NCBI RefSeq assembly: GCF_000039765.1 | Contig: NC_004460.2 | Coordinates: 1,740,001 to 1,772,000, forward strand | Length of the DNA stretch: 32,000 nucleotides | Direction of reading: 5' to 3' | Source: Vibrio vulnificus CMCP6 | Lineage (GTDB): Bacteria > Pseudomonadota > Gammaproteobacteria > Enterobacterales > Vibrionaceae | In this document: positions 16,992 through 24,678 of the stretch, in pieces | Layout: each line of letters opens with the position of its first letter | Position numbering within the stretch: the first letter of the stretch is position 1 | Translations under genes and position numbers: made by a program | Notes under the pieces: generated by a model | What the model saw: only the letters and a program-made list of their open reading frames with translations | Told to the model about the DNA's origin: nothing | Databases searched by the model: none

Positions 16992-17471
16992 ATGCTAAAA
17001 AGAACGTTCCTATGTTGCATTGTATCGATGTTGTTTGCCAAGCAAGCAGCAGCGTCTTGTGCATTGCTGGAAGAGCGTTCAATTATGCTGCAAGACAGTG
17101 CCATGGAAATTTGCACGTCACTCGAAGATAAAATCAGTTTCTTGAAAAATAATGCGATGGCTTGGCTTAATGAAGACAAGCAAGAAACACAAGAAGATTA
17201 CTGGGGTGAATGGGCGTTAAAGCCAAAAGATAACCCGGTCTTGACGCAAAACCTCTCTGATAAGCATTTTGGTCTGGGTTTCTGGTTGCCGGAAGAGTAC
17301 GAAAACCAAGTGGCGAACATGACAACCGAAGAGTGGCTACGAAGTCATGGTTTAATGTTCAGCATTGGCTTGGGCGATAAAAAATCCGGTGAACCAAGAA
17401 TGCGCTTTGATTATCGCTGGCACGAAACCTCTGAAGCCGATGTGATGATGCAAATAGAAGTGCCTTTCTAA
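16992..17471 (+). CDS. Hypothetical exported protein (signal peptide; possible lipobox AAASC)
   Basis: 159 aa. The hydrophobic N-terminus MLKRTFLCCIVSMLFAKQAAASC is followed by an acidic, Trp-rich mature part. It starts 20 nt after the upstream gene. No family is recognised. Confidence 0.6.
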   Translation: MLKRTFLCCIVSMLFAKQAAASCALLEERSIMLQDSAMEICTSLEDKISFLKNNAMAWLNEDKQETQEDYWGEWALKPKDNPVLTQNLSDKHFGLGFWLPEEYENQVANMTTEEWLRSHGLMFSIGLGDKKSGEPRMRFDYRWHETSEADVMMQIEVPF

Positions 17472-17497
17472 TCTCAGCAACAGAAGCTCTTTGTAAG

Positions 17498-17544
17498 AAT
17501 CTCAATAAAAACGCCAGCAGTTTGCTGGCGTTTTTATTGAGATT
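17498..17544. terminator. Bidirectional rho-independent terminator (47-bp perfect palindrome)
   Basis: AATCTCAATAAAAACGCCAGCA (17498-17519) is the exact reverse complement of 17523-17544. The GC core CGCCAGCA/TGCTGGCG is flanked by A5 and T5. It sits between convergent genes. Confidence 0.85.
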
Positions 17545-17589
17545 GAGTGTGGCGGTAGTTTTTCCCAGCAAAGGTGCGTTCCACTTCTT

Positions 17590-18195
17590 TTACAACGTCT
17601 TACCTAATAACATCTCGCAGATCACGTTGCATTGTTGTTCATCACCGCTAAACAGCTCGCTGACCACTTGCTCTTTTTTGCCACCAGAAAGCATGCGCTT
17701 TTGTGCCTCGCGAACCAGTAGTGCCATATGCCACTCTTTATCAAGCTCATGTGACTGAGGGGACCAACGACTCAACTGTTTACACAGTTCAGATGGTTCA
17801 AACAGAGGACGGATTTGTGTCGCTTCGCGTTTGAGTACCGCAAGCAGTTCAAGTTGTTCTTCCGAGCGAGGAGCAACTTCTGCCAGTTTGCTAAAAATTG
17901 CCAAAGATAAAGCCGAGAGCGTGACGTATCCAGCGCTGTATGGAAATGTTTCTCGAACTCTGACAGATACATCCAGAGTATCGAGCTGTGTCCCCGGAAA
18001 CAGCGTGATGGAACATAAGCTGTTTTGTGGAATCCAAAATGACTGATTCGGTTGCAGGCAAAATTCTTGTTTCCCCATTTTAATGAGTGCCAATCCTGAA
18101 CGTACAAGCAACCACTTGTGCTTCAATGAACGCTTTCTTGCCATCGCAGTTAAATGGCTGAAAGACTCACGTTTAAATTCAATGGCGTAGTTCAT
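17590..18195 (-). CDS. AraC-family-like protein with cupin-type N-domain and shortened or degenerate first HTH
   Basis: 201 aa. It aligns by eye with the AraC regulator at 8225-8947. HKWLLVRSG...FWIPQNSLCS matches HTWGQVQLI...IWVPPGIMHRS. EWHMALLVREAQKRMLSGGKKEQVVSELFSGDEQQCNVICEMLLGKT matches EWRLRVRYLYSMELLRKGQTVKEVALTLGYNQASPFISMFKKYSGQT. The HTH1 segment is about 8 residues shorter. Confidence 0.55.
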   Translation of the reverse strand: MNYAIEFKRESFSHLTAMARKRSLKHKWLLVRSGLALIKMGKQEFCLQPNQSFWIPQNSLCSITLFPGTQLDTLDVSVRVRETFPYSAGYVTLSALSLAIFSKLAEVAPRSEEQLELLAVLKREATQIRPLFEPSELCKQLSRWSPQSHELDKEWHMALLVREAQKRMLSGGKKEQVVSELFSGDEQQCNVICEMLLGKTL

Positions 18196-18399
18196 GTTGG
18201 GTACCTCAAATCATGGGGCGCTAAGGTTACCTTCTAGCGTGAGAAATGCCAACCTCAAAAAACAGGGAACGAACTAAGGCACTATTTGTCATATTTGTGA
18301 GTTGACTGGTATGACCTTAGAGAAACAACGGCTAAGGTAGCTGCGAGCGTTGCCAACAATGCGTAGAATGTGCCAGTTTTTTTTAATACGACAAGAATA

Positions 18400-19503
18400 A
18401 TGACAGACAACATTGACCCATATTTAGAAATTCGTCCTTATAACGACGAAGAGATTTCTGCAGCACTCGACCGTTTAGTGCAAGATGATGAATTCATTAG
18501 TGCCATTTTGCAGCACCGCTATGCCAATAGTTCGTCTTGGTTTAGAGGTTTAGTGGCGCCATTTCTGAAGTTCTATCTGAAAAGAAAATGGAACAAGCTT
18601 GATTCCGTTGAAGCAATACAGTTAGTTGTAAAGAAGTATCTAGAACAGACGCTGAAGACAACCACTGATGGCGTGAATTACACCGGGTTAGAAAAGCTGG
18701 ATAAAGACAGCGCCTATTTGTTTATCTGCAACCACCGTGACATCGCGATGGACCCTGCTTTGGTGAACTACGGTTTGTTTAAGCATGGCCACAAAACGGT
18801 GCGCATTGCGATTGGTGACAACCTACTGAAAAAGCCTTGTGCCACTGAGCTGATGAAGCTTAACAAGAGTTTTATTGTCAAACGTTCAGTCAAAGCGCCT
18901 CGCGAAATGATGAAAGTGCTAGGGCAGTTGTCGTCTTACATCAAGCATTCCCTTGATACGGGCAATTCCATTTGGATTGCACAAAAAGAGGGCCGAGCGA
19001 AGGATGGAAATGATTTCACCGATCCTGCGATTTTGAAAATGTTTCATGTCGAAGGGCGCAAGCAGAAAATCGATTTTGCCGAATACATGAAGTCATTGAA
19101 AATTGTGCCTGTGTCGATTTCTTATGAGAACGATCCCTGCGATATCGCAAAAGCGAGAGAGCTGTACGAAAAGGCAACCAATGGCCGTTACGAAAAAGGT
19201 GAATTTGAAGACATCGAAAGCATTATTCAGGGCATCGTTGGATACAAAGGGCGTGTTCAAGTGGCCTTTGGTGATGTTATCGTGGATGATTTTGCCACAC
19301 CAGAAGCATTAGCCGAAGAGATCGACCGTCAGATACATGAACATTACCATCTATTCCCCATCAATAAGTTGGCGGCTGGTTTGGAAGATGACTCGATTAC
19401 CGAGGCGGTGCGAGCTTCGCTTACAGAGAAGCTTCTGCAACTGCCTGAAGGCGCGCAGCAGTACTTAGTGGCGAGCTATGCTAACCCTTGTAATAACAAG
19501 TAA
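18400..19503 (+). CDS. PlsC-family (lysophospholipid/glycerolipid) acyltransferase with long C-terminal extension
   Basis: HX4D catalytic motif (NHRDIAMD) and a second block (IAQKEGRAKDG). Start taken at the first ATG (18400); the track ORF begins at GTG 18370. No strong SD precedes either start. Confidence 0.82.
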   Translation: MTDNIDPYLEIRPYNDEEISAALDRLVQDDEFISAILQHRYANSSSWFRGLVAPFLKFYLKRKWNKLDSVEAIQLVVKKYLEQTLKTTTDGVNYTGLEKLDKDSAYLFICNHRDIAMDPALVNYGLFKHGHKTVRIAIGDNLLKKPCATELMKLNKSFIVKRSVKAPREMMKVLGQLSSYIKHSLDTGNSIWIAQKEGRAKDGNDFTDPAILKMFHVEGRKQKIDFAEYMKSLKIVPVSISYENDPCDIAKARELYEKATNGRYEKGEFEDIESIIQGIVGYKGRVQVAFGDVIVDDFATPEALAEEIDRQIHEHYHLFPINKLAAGLEDDSITEAVRASLTEKLLQLPEGAQQYLVASYANPCNNK

Positions 19504-19519
19504 CATAAGCTCCTAAAAC

Positions 19520-19552
19520 AAAAGCCAGCATCACTTCACACTGCTGGCTTTT
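19520..19552. terminator. Bidirectional rho-independent terminator
   Basis: AAAAGCCAGCA (19520-19530) and TGCTGGCTTTT (19542-19552) form the stem. T-runs are available on both strands. It sits between convergent genes. Confidence 0.8.
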
Positions 19553-19591
19553 GTCTATCAACGGAATGTCAAAGAGGGAAAGTACGTGGCT

Positions 19592-20203
19592 TTATCTCGC
19601 CACCGCGCCCCCTAAGTCAAGTTCACTTGGCCACTTGCTGATACGATTTCCACCGAGAAAGATATGGCCTTTGACGGTCATTTTGCCTGGGAACTCTGTC
19701 AGTGCAGAGCCGCCTATGTATAAATTGCCTTCCACCACCAGATTCTCGGGCAGAGCTTTGATGGGGGTGCGAATGACACTCAAGTCCCCTTTCACACGTA
19801 AGCCAAATGGCAGCTTTTCTAACGGCGTATCGGTGAGATTCAAATATCCCCCAAGCGTGATGCCAGCAGGCCAGTTTTTAATTTGAGAACCCAATAGGTT
19901 GGCGTAACCTTTAATGGAAGTGCCTGGATAGACCGTTGCGAGTTGACTATTACTTGCCTCTAGACTGCCTTCGATTGAGAGATCTTTCGGCAAGTTTTTT
20001 ATTGTGGTGCTACCAATATTGAGGTTGCCTTTGACCGTTAAGCCATCTGGAAGTGAGCTGTAAGGCTTATTACGCAAATCCAGATTGCCGTAGTTATCGA
20101 GATGATTCAGAATTTGGTAGTAGTCGAGAGGAACCGCCACGGTAACCGTGGAAAAGAAAAGGGCCAGTGATGTGACGAAAAGTGTGTTCATCGCGATGTC
20201 CAT
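19592..20203 (-). CDS. Exported protein built from tandem 20-residue LRR-like repeats (LPxxLxVxGxLxLxxTxIxx)
   Basis: 203 aa with a hydrophobic N-terminal signal (NTLFVTSLALFFSTVTVAV). This is followed by 7 complete 20-aa repeats, in exact register, plus a truncated eighth. Start is ambiguous (ATG 20203 or 20191) and neither has a good SD. Confidence 0.7.
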   Translation of the reverse strand: MDIAMNTLFVTSLALFFSTVTVAVPLDYYQILNHLDNYGNLDLRNKPYSSLPDGLTVKGNLNIGSTTIKNLPKDLSIEGSLEASNSQLATVYPGTSIKGYANLLGSQIKNWPAGITLGGYLNLTDTPLEKLPFGLRVKGDLSVIRTPIKALPENLVVEGNLYIGGSALTEFPGKMTVKGHIFLGGNRISKWPSELDLGGAVAR

Positions 20204-20282
20204 TTGGGGTGAATCTTTTGCTCTAGGCCATAAAGCCTATCTCATCGCATTGTAGCGTACTAATAGAAGTTGGAGAGAGTGT

Positions 20283-20588
20283 ATGCGTCAAAATTGGGTA
20301 ACAGGTATCACTGCGATTCGTGGTTTGGCTACGCTGATGTTTTTGCTGTTGAGCTCTGGATCTGCGGTCGCAAAAACGGTATCGACAGGGGACAAGGTCG
20401 TGGCCGTCGTGGCAGCAGAATCTTCTGCACGCTTACGGGTGTGTTATTACCAAGATCAAGCGTATTCTATTGGCGCGGTATTGAATGTCGAAGGTGTGTT
20501 GCTTGAGTGTGTCGCGGAAAAGAGTTTTGAAACCAACGGTGCACTGAAATGGCAGCAGATCAAAATAAAAGACGAGCCTAAATCGTAG
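20283..20588 (+). CDS. Small exported protein, DUF1496-like
   Basis: 101 aa. RBS GGAGAGAG. Signal peptide ends SAVA/K. The mature part has the two-Cys pattern VCYYQDQAYSIGAV...LLECV that I associate with DUF1496. The family call is from memory only. Confidence 0.65.
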   Translation: MRQNWVTGITAIRGLATLMFLLLSSGSAVAKTVSTGDKVVAVVAAESSARLRVCYYQDQAYSIGAVLNVEGVLLECVAEKSFETNGALKWQQIKIKDEPKS

Positions 20589-20596
20589 GCTCGTCT
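20561..20596 (-). terminator. Rho-independent terminator of the YfcZ-like gene, embedded in the 3' end of the convergent gene
   Basis: AGACGAGCCTA (20570-20580) and TAGGCTCGTCT (20586-20596) form an 11-bp stem. On the minus strand it is followed by TTTTATTTT (complement of 20561-20569). There is no U tract on the plus strand. Confidence 0.7.
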
Positions 20597-20613
20597 AAGA
20601 ATAGCGTTAGGGA

Positions 20614-20913
20614 TTAACGTGATAAAGAGCGGCTTTTCAGTTCAAAAATCAGTTTCTCTGCACTCACTTCGAATTTAAAGCGAGCAGTGAGCTCAGTGGA
20701 GTCATCAGTTAAATCTGTAGTGTTGTATTCCACATTTTCGTTTACTGCTTTCGCCAGCTCTAGATACTTGGCAAATTCCGCTTGTAGCAATTCTTTTGAA
20801 CCAGCGTAAATCGTCACGTCTGCAACGTCATCGCCTTCTTTGATGATAAAGCCAATTTCACCAGCGCAACCACACGCTTCACATACTTGGGTTTCTTCGT
20901 GTTCAATGCTCAT
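20614..20913 (-). CDS. YfcZ/YiiS-family protein (DUF406)
   Basis: 99 aa. RBS GAGGA. It has an N-terminal Cys cluster (CEACGCAG) and a C-terminus FKFEVSAEKLIFELKSR, paralleling E. coli YfcZ (FTFACEAEMLIFQLGLR). Confidence 0.82.
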   Translation of the reverse strand: MSIEHEETQVCEACGCAGEIGFIIKEGDDVADVTIYAGSKELLQAEFAKYLELAKAVNENVEYNTTDLTDDSTELTARFKFEVSAEKLIFELKSRSLSR

Positions 20914-21296
20914 AACGAATCCTCACTTAAAAAAGGGATTATACTCAACTCGTTTTTTTTTCAATAGAAATAAATGGAACAACTTGGATAAAAAAATATC
21001 GGTATGCTATGTTGTTTGTTGAGAGGGTTAAGCAAGAGATAACTTTAGATTTTGTTAATGGACGATGTGATCCGAGTCAATAATTTACCGGATTTCACCT
21101 TTTACTTACTTAGTTATCACAGTGAGTGAGTTGCACCTAGCAAGATTTTATAAGAGTATCTCGAGATAAATTATTTTTACATAATCTATCGCTATCAATC
21201 GGTTCAAAATGCAGATGTAAATATTAAACTAATGTCATTTAATGGTATTAATTTAGTTGCATATTCTGAAATTTTGTTTTGCTTGAAGACATGCAT

Positions 21297-21315
21297 CTGC
21301 AAACCTGGTTTACAG
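21297..21315. promoter_or_regulatory. Imperfect 19-bp palindrome, candidate operator upstream of the TetR gene
   Basis: In CTGCAAACC-T-GGTTTACAG the half-sites match 8 of 9 as an inverted repeat. It lies about 130 nt upstream of the TetR ATG. The assignment is speculative. Confidence 0.25.
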
Positions 21316-21442
21316 TATTTCGTAATAAAAAGTAGGCTTGTTTATTTCGAAAAAGGGTGTTTTCTGGCAACCTATTGAGAACGATTTTCATTCTGACCTC
21401 AGACTTTGAGTTAGATGGATTTACAAAGAGAAGAGCTAAAAT

Positions 21443-21904
21443 ATGCCAAAGCGTAGTAAAGAAGATACCGAAATCACTATCCAGAAAATTATGGATGCCG
21501 TTGTTGATCAGTTGCTTAGGCTCGGTTACGACAAAATGTCGTACACGACGTTGAGTCAACAGACAGGTGTTTCACGTACCGGTATAAGTCATCATTTCCC
21601 TAAGAAAACGGACTTTACCGCTGCACTAGACGGTCGAATTTTTAAACTGTTTGTTGAGCACCTTGAATTCAATAAAGGTCTAAACGAATTTTCTCAAAGC
21701 TGGGTTGTTGCGTTGGAAGATGAAGAGTTCCGTGCCATCCTGCGTCTGCTTTTCCACCATATCGTAACGGCTGAGCGTGCGCACGAGTTTGCGGCAAACG
21801 GTATCGACCGTCTTTACAAAATGACGGAAAGCCAGTTTGGTGAAGAGAGCAAGAAAGAGCTCGAGTGGCTGTTTGGTAAGTCTCTCGTTCGTATTAGTCA
21901 ATAA
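21443..21904 (+). CDS. Short TetR/AcrR-family transcriptional regulator
   Basis: 153 aa with an N-terminal TetR HTH (IMDAVVDQLLRLGYDKMSYTTLSQQTGVSRTGISHHFPKKTDF). RBS AAGAG. Confidence 0.9.
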   Translation: MPKRSKEDTEITIQKIMDAVVDQLLRLGYDKMSYTTLSQQTGVSRTGISHHFPKKTDFTAALDGRIFKLFVEHLEFNKGLNEFSQSWVVALEDEEFRAILRLLFHHIVTAERAHEFAANGIDRLYKMTESQFGEESKKELEWLFGKSLVRISQ

Positions 21905-21923
21905 CGACCAATATTCAATAAAT

Positions 21924-21952
21924 AAAGCTCCCTTTTGGGAGCTTTATTTTTT
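21924..21952. terminator. Bidirectional rho-independent terminator (TetR gene / hutD)
   Basis: AAAGCTCCC (21924-21932) and GGGAGCTTT (21937-21945) form the stem with loop TTTT, followed by ATTTTTT. A-rich sequence on the other side serves the minus-strand operon. Confidence 0.85.
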
Positions 21953-21992
21953 GCAGAGCGCGGACGATGGCGATTTTCATCGCTCAAACGCG

Positions 21993-22778
21993 CTAGGCGG
22001 CAGGCTGAACTAGCGGGAAGCCCAGTGTAGGGTGACGACCAATCATCGCTTTATAGCCGTATACCGCGTCGATTATTTCTGGCGTCAGAGCCTCTTCTGG
22101 ACAGGCATCAACCACAATCTCGCCACGATGTAGGATCACCATGCGATCGGCATATTGAGCCGCCAGATTAAGATCATGCAGTACCACAATGACGCACGCA
22201 TTTTGCTCTTTGGCAAACTGTTTCGCCACTCGCAGAGTATTGTGCTGGTGGGCCAGATCGAGCGCAGAGGTTGGCTCATCCAGCATCAAGATCTTCTTAT
22301 CGCCACTTTGATCGAGCTGAGTTAATACTCGCGCAAAATGAAGGCGCTGCTTCTCGCCGCCAGATAGGGCAGGATATAAGCTGTCTGCCAGATGGACGAC
22401 GTCCGTTATGGCCATGTATTTCTCAGCGATGGTTTTCACTTCAGCTTGGGATAACGCCAGGGGGATTGCACCCAATTCGACCACTTCTCGCGCCAGAAAA
22501 GGAAAGGTGAGTGAACTGCTTTGTGGCAACAAACCCAAGTGGCGAGAAAGCGCTGCGCTCCGCCAGCTTTTGGCGGCTTTGCCAAAATATTCGATGGATT
22601 GTGAAGAAGTAATCTCACCGCTCAACAACTTGAGCAGGCTACTTTTCCCTGCGCCGTTTGGGCCAAGTAATGCCACCACTTCACCAGCGCAAAATGCCAC
22701 ATCAATCTGTTTGAGCACCTGGCGAGAGGCGAACTGCAATGAGAGATTTTGCCCTCGAAGTACAACAGGCTTTTTCAT
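21993..22778 (-). CDS. hutD: Heme ABC transporter ATP-binding protein HutD (HmuV-type)
   Basis: 261 aa with Walker A GPNGAGKSS, signature LSGGEKQR and Walker B ILMLDEPTS. It is the last gene of the tonB-exbBD-hutBCD string and overlaps hutC by 4 nt. Confidence 0.92.
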   Translation of the reverse strand: MKKPVVLRGQNLSLQFASRQVLKQIDVAFCAGEVVALLGPNGAGKSSLLKLLSGEITSSQSIEYFGKAAKSWRSAALSRHLGLLPQSSSLTFPFLAREVVELGAIPLALSQAEVKTIAEKYMAITDVVHLADSLYPALSGGEKQRLHFARVLTQLDQSGDKKILMLDEPTSALDLAHQHNTLRVAKQFAKEQNACVIVVLHDLNLAAQYADRMVILHRGEIVVDACPEEALTPEIIDAVYGYKAMIGRHPTLGFPLVQPAA

Positions 22779-23806
22779 AGAATTCGTCCTTTCTGCTGGA
22801 AGAGAAGATAAATAAAGAAAGGTGCGCCGATAGCGGCAGTGACGATGCCCACAGGTAACTCAGCAGGTGCGACGGCAACTCTTGCCACCATGTCAGCAAA
22901 GGTCAGCAGTAACGCGCCTAGCAACGCTGAGAGCGGAATTAATTTACGATGATCTGGTCCTGCAAGCATACGACCAAGATGCGGGATCACCAGACCGATA
23001 AAACCAATCGCCCCACAAATACTGACCGTCACCCCAACGCCAATGGCTGAAAGTGCAATCAAACCTCTTTTGAGGCGTTGTACTTCAATGCCTAGATGAC
23101 GAGCTTCAGATTCTCCCAAAAGTAGTGCATTCAGCGCCATGGCTTTACGAGCAAAGTAGCCATAAAGGGCTAATAAGGTCAAAGCCGCCAAAGCAATGGA
23201 TCCCCAGTTTGCTGCCGCGAGTGAGCCCATTGACCACAACGAGAGGTCACGCAGTGTTTGATCATCGGCAAGGAAGTTGAGATAGCCAATCGCTGCACCG
23301 GAAATAGCACTAATCGCGACGCCCGCTAACAGCATGATGGTGACCGAGGTCCCAAATTTTCCGGCCCCCATTTTATAGACCAAGGCCGTCGCCAGTGCAC
23401 CACCAAGGAAGCTGGCAATAGGTAACACCGCTAAATTCATGATTGAGGTAGACAACATTGCCACTTGAGAAAGGGCGACAATGGCAACCGCGCCCCCTAA
23501 TGCCGCGCCGGCTGAGACACCAATGATGCCCGGTTCGGCTAATGGGTTTCGAAACAAACCCTGCATCACGACACCACAAAGCGCGAGAATTGCCCCCACC
23601 AACATGCAAAGTAGTGTGCGGGGAAGGCGAATTTCTTGGATGACCACATCAATATGCGGTGCAAGGTCACCTAAGCGCAGCAAGCTACGCAAGGTATCGG
23701 CACCACTGATGTTCATTGGCCCCACGGTCACTGAGGAGATAGCCGTTAAGCTCAGCGTCACTAAAAGCGCCGTGACGCAGATGGAAAGAGGGATATGACG
23801 TAACAT
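22775..23806 (-). CDS. hutC: Heme ABC transporter permease HutC (FecCD/HmuU-type)
   Basis: 343 aa, polytopic, with the FecCD-family pattern (LPRTLLCMLVGAILALCGVVMQGLFRNPLAEPGIIGVS). Confidence 0.92.
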   Translation of the reverse strand: MLRHIPLSICVTALLVTLSLTAISSVTVGPMNISGADTLRSLLRLGDLAPHIDVVIQEIRLPRTLLCMLVGAILALCGVVMQGLFRNPLAEPGIIGVSAGAALGGAVAIVALSQVAMLSTSIMNLAVLPIASFLGGALATALVYKMGAGKFGTSVTIMLLAGVAISAISGAAIGYLNFLADDQTLRDLSLWSMGSLAAANWGSIALAALTLLALYGYFARKAMALNALLLGESEARHLGIEVQRLKRGLIALSAIGVGVTVSICGAIGFIGLVIPHLGRMLAGPDHRKLIPLSALLGALLLTFADMVARVAVAPAELPVGIVTAAIGAPFFIYLLFQQKGRIL

Positions 23807-23815
23807 GATGATAAA

Positions 23816-24667
23816 TTACTGCGTGTAAAGTAACTGGTTGAGTCGCTTGGCTTCTGCGAGGCTCTTTAAACCCAAACCGCCAACTAAAGCGGCGCCATCT
23901 ATCGTCATGATTTGTTTATTTTGTCCAGCAGGCGTGGCGGCCAAAAGAGGCATCATTTTTATGATGGCGTCAGGGCCACCAAGCTTTTCGAAACTGCGAC
24001 CACTGACTAAAATCACATCTGGCTGCATTTCTACCATCGATTCGCTTGAAAGAGGCTTGTAGGCGGTAATCTTATCGGCGGCGGGGTTAATGGCGCCTGC
24101 CAAATTGATGATGGCATCAGGTGTTGTATCCGTGCCTGCCACATTTGCTGCGCGTCCTTCGTGAATCAGCAAAAACAGCACTTTCTTTTTCTGATTGGTC
24201 GGCTGATTCGCCTTTAAACTTTGCACTTGCTGATCAACTAGAGACTTCAACTGCTGTGCTTCTTGTGGTTTGTTTAGAATGGCGGCAATCTGGTCGATGC
24301 GCGCTTTTAGCCCGTCTACATTGGCTTGCGTGTTCACCACTTCAATATCGACGCCAGTGGACTTGAGTTGTTGCAATACGGGGGCTGGCCCCATTTCATC
24401 AGAGCCAATCAATGTCGTAGGTGATAGCGCCAATAAGCCTTCGGCCGACAAGCGACGGTGATAACCGATTTTGGGAAGTTGCTGGCCTTCGGGTAGCTGA
24501 CTTGTTACATCAACAGCGATAAGGGATTGCTCGGCGTGCAAAGCCAAAATTAGCTCAGTAACAGCACTGCCAGCACTAATGATTCTTTCTTGGGCTGCCT
24601 GTAAAGGCATGCTAAGGGCGGTGCTTAGAAGGGCAAAACTGAGCCCTAAAATCATGGTTTTTTTCAT
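23816..24667 (-). CDS. hutB: Periplasmic heme-binding protein HutB (HmuT-type)
   Basis: 283 aa. Signal peptide ends PLQA/A. It has the class III periplasmic binding protein layout and sits between exbD and hutC. Confidence 0.9.
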   Translation of the reverse strand: MKKTMILGLSFALLSTALSMPLQAAQERIISAGSAVTELILALHAEQSLIAVDVTSQLPEGQQLPKIGYHRRLSAEGLLALSPTTLIGSDEMGPAPVLQQLKSTGVDIEVVNTQANVDGLKARIDQIAAILNKPQEAQQLKSLVDQQVQSLKANQPTNQKKKVLFLLIHEGRAANVAGTDTTPDAIINLAGAINPAADKITAYKPLSSESMVEMQPDVILVSGRSFEKLGGPDAIIKMMPLLAATPAGQNKQIMTIDGAALVGGLGLKSLAEAKRLNQLLYTQ

Positions 24668-24678
24668 TCCTGAATCTC

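Noticed and set aside
20270-20506. 78-aa ORF overlapping the DUF1496-like gene in another frame.
   Set aside because: The product is Arg/Gly-rich and implausible. The 20283 frame has a strong RBS, a signal peptide and a conserved Cys pattern.
21060-21131. 23-codon ORF (MDDVIRVNNLPDFTFYLLSYHSE) in the AT-rich gap.
   Set aside because: It has no RBS and no conservation evidence is available. It is indistinguishable from chance in AT-rich DNA.
22408-22815. Antisense or shadow ORFs inside well-supported genes, for example 22408-22815, 26099-26413, 12888-13334, 6570-6932, 23481-23798, 3445-3741 and 16023-16334.
   Set aside because: They lie opposite or out of frame to genes with strong family signatures. 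They have odd composition and no RBS, and are typical shadow frames.
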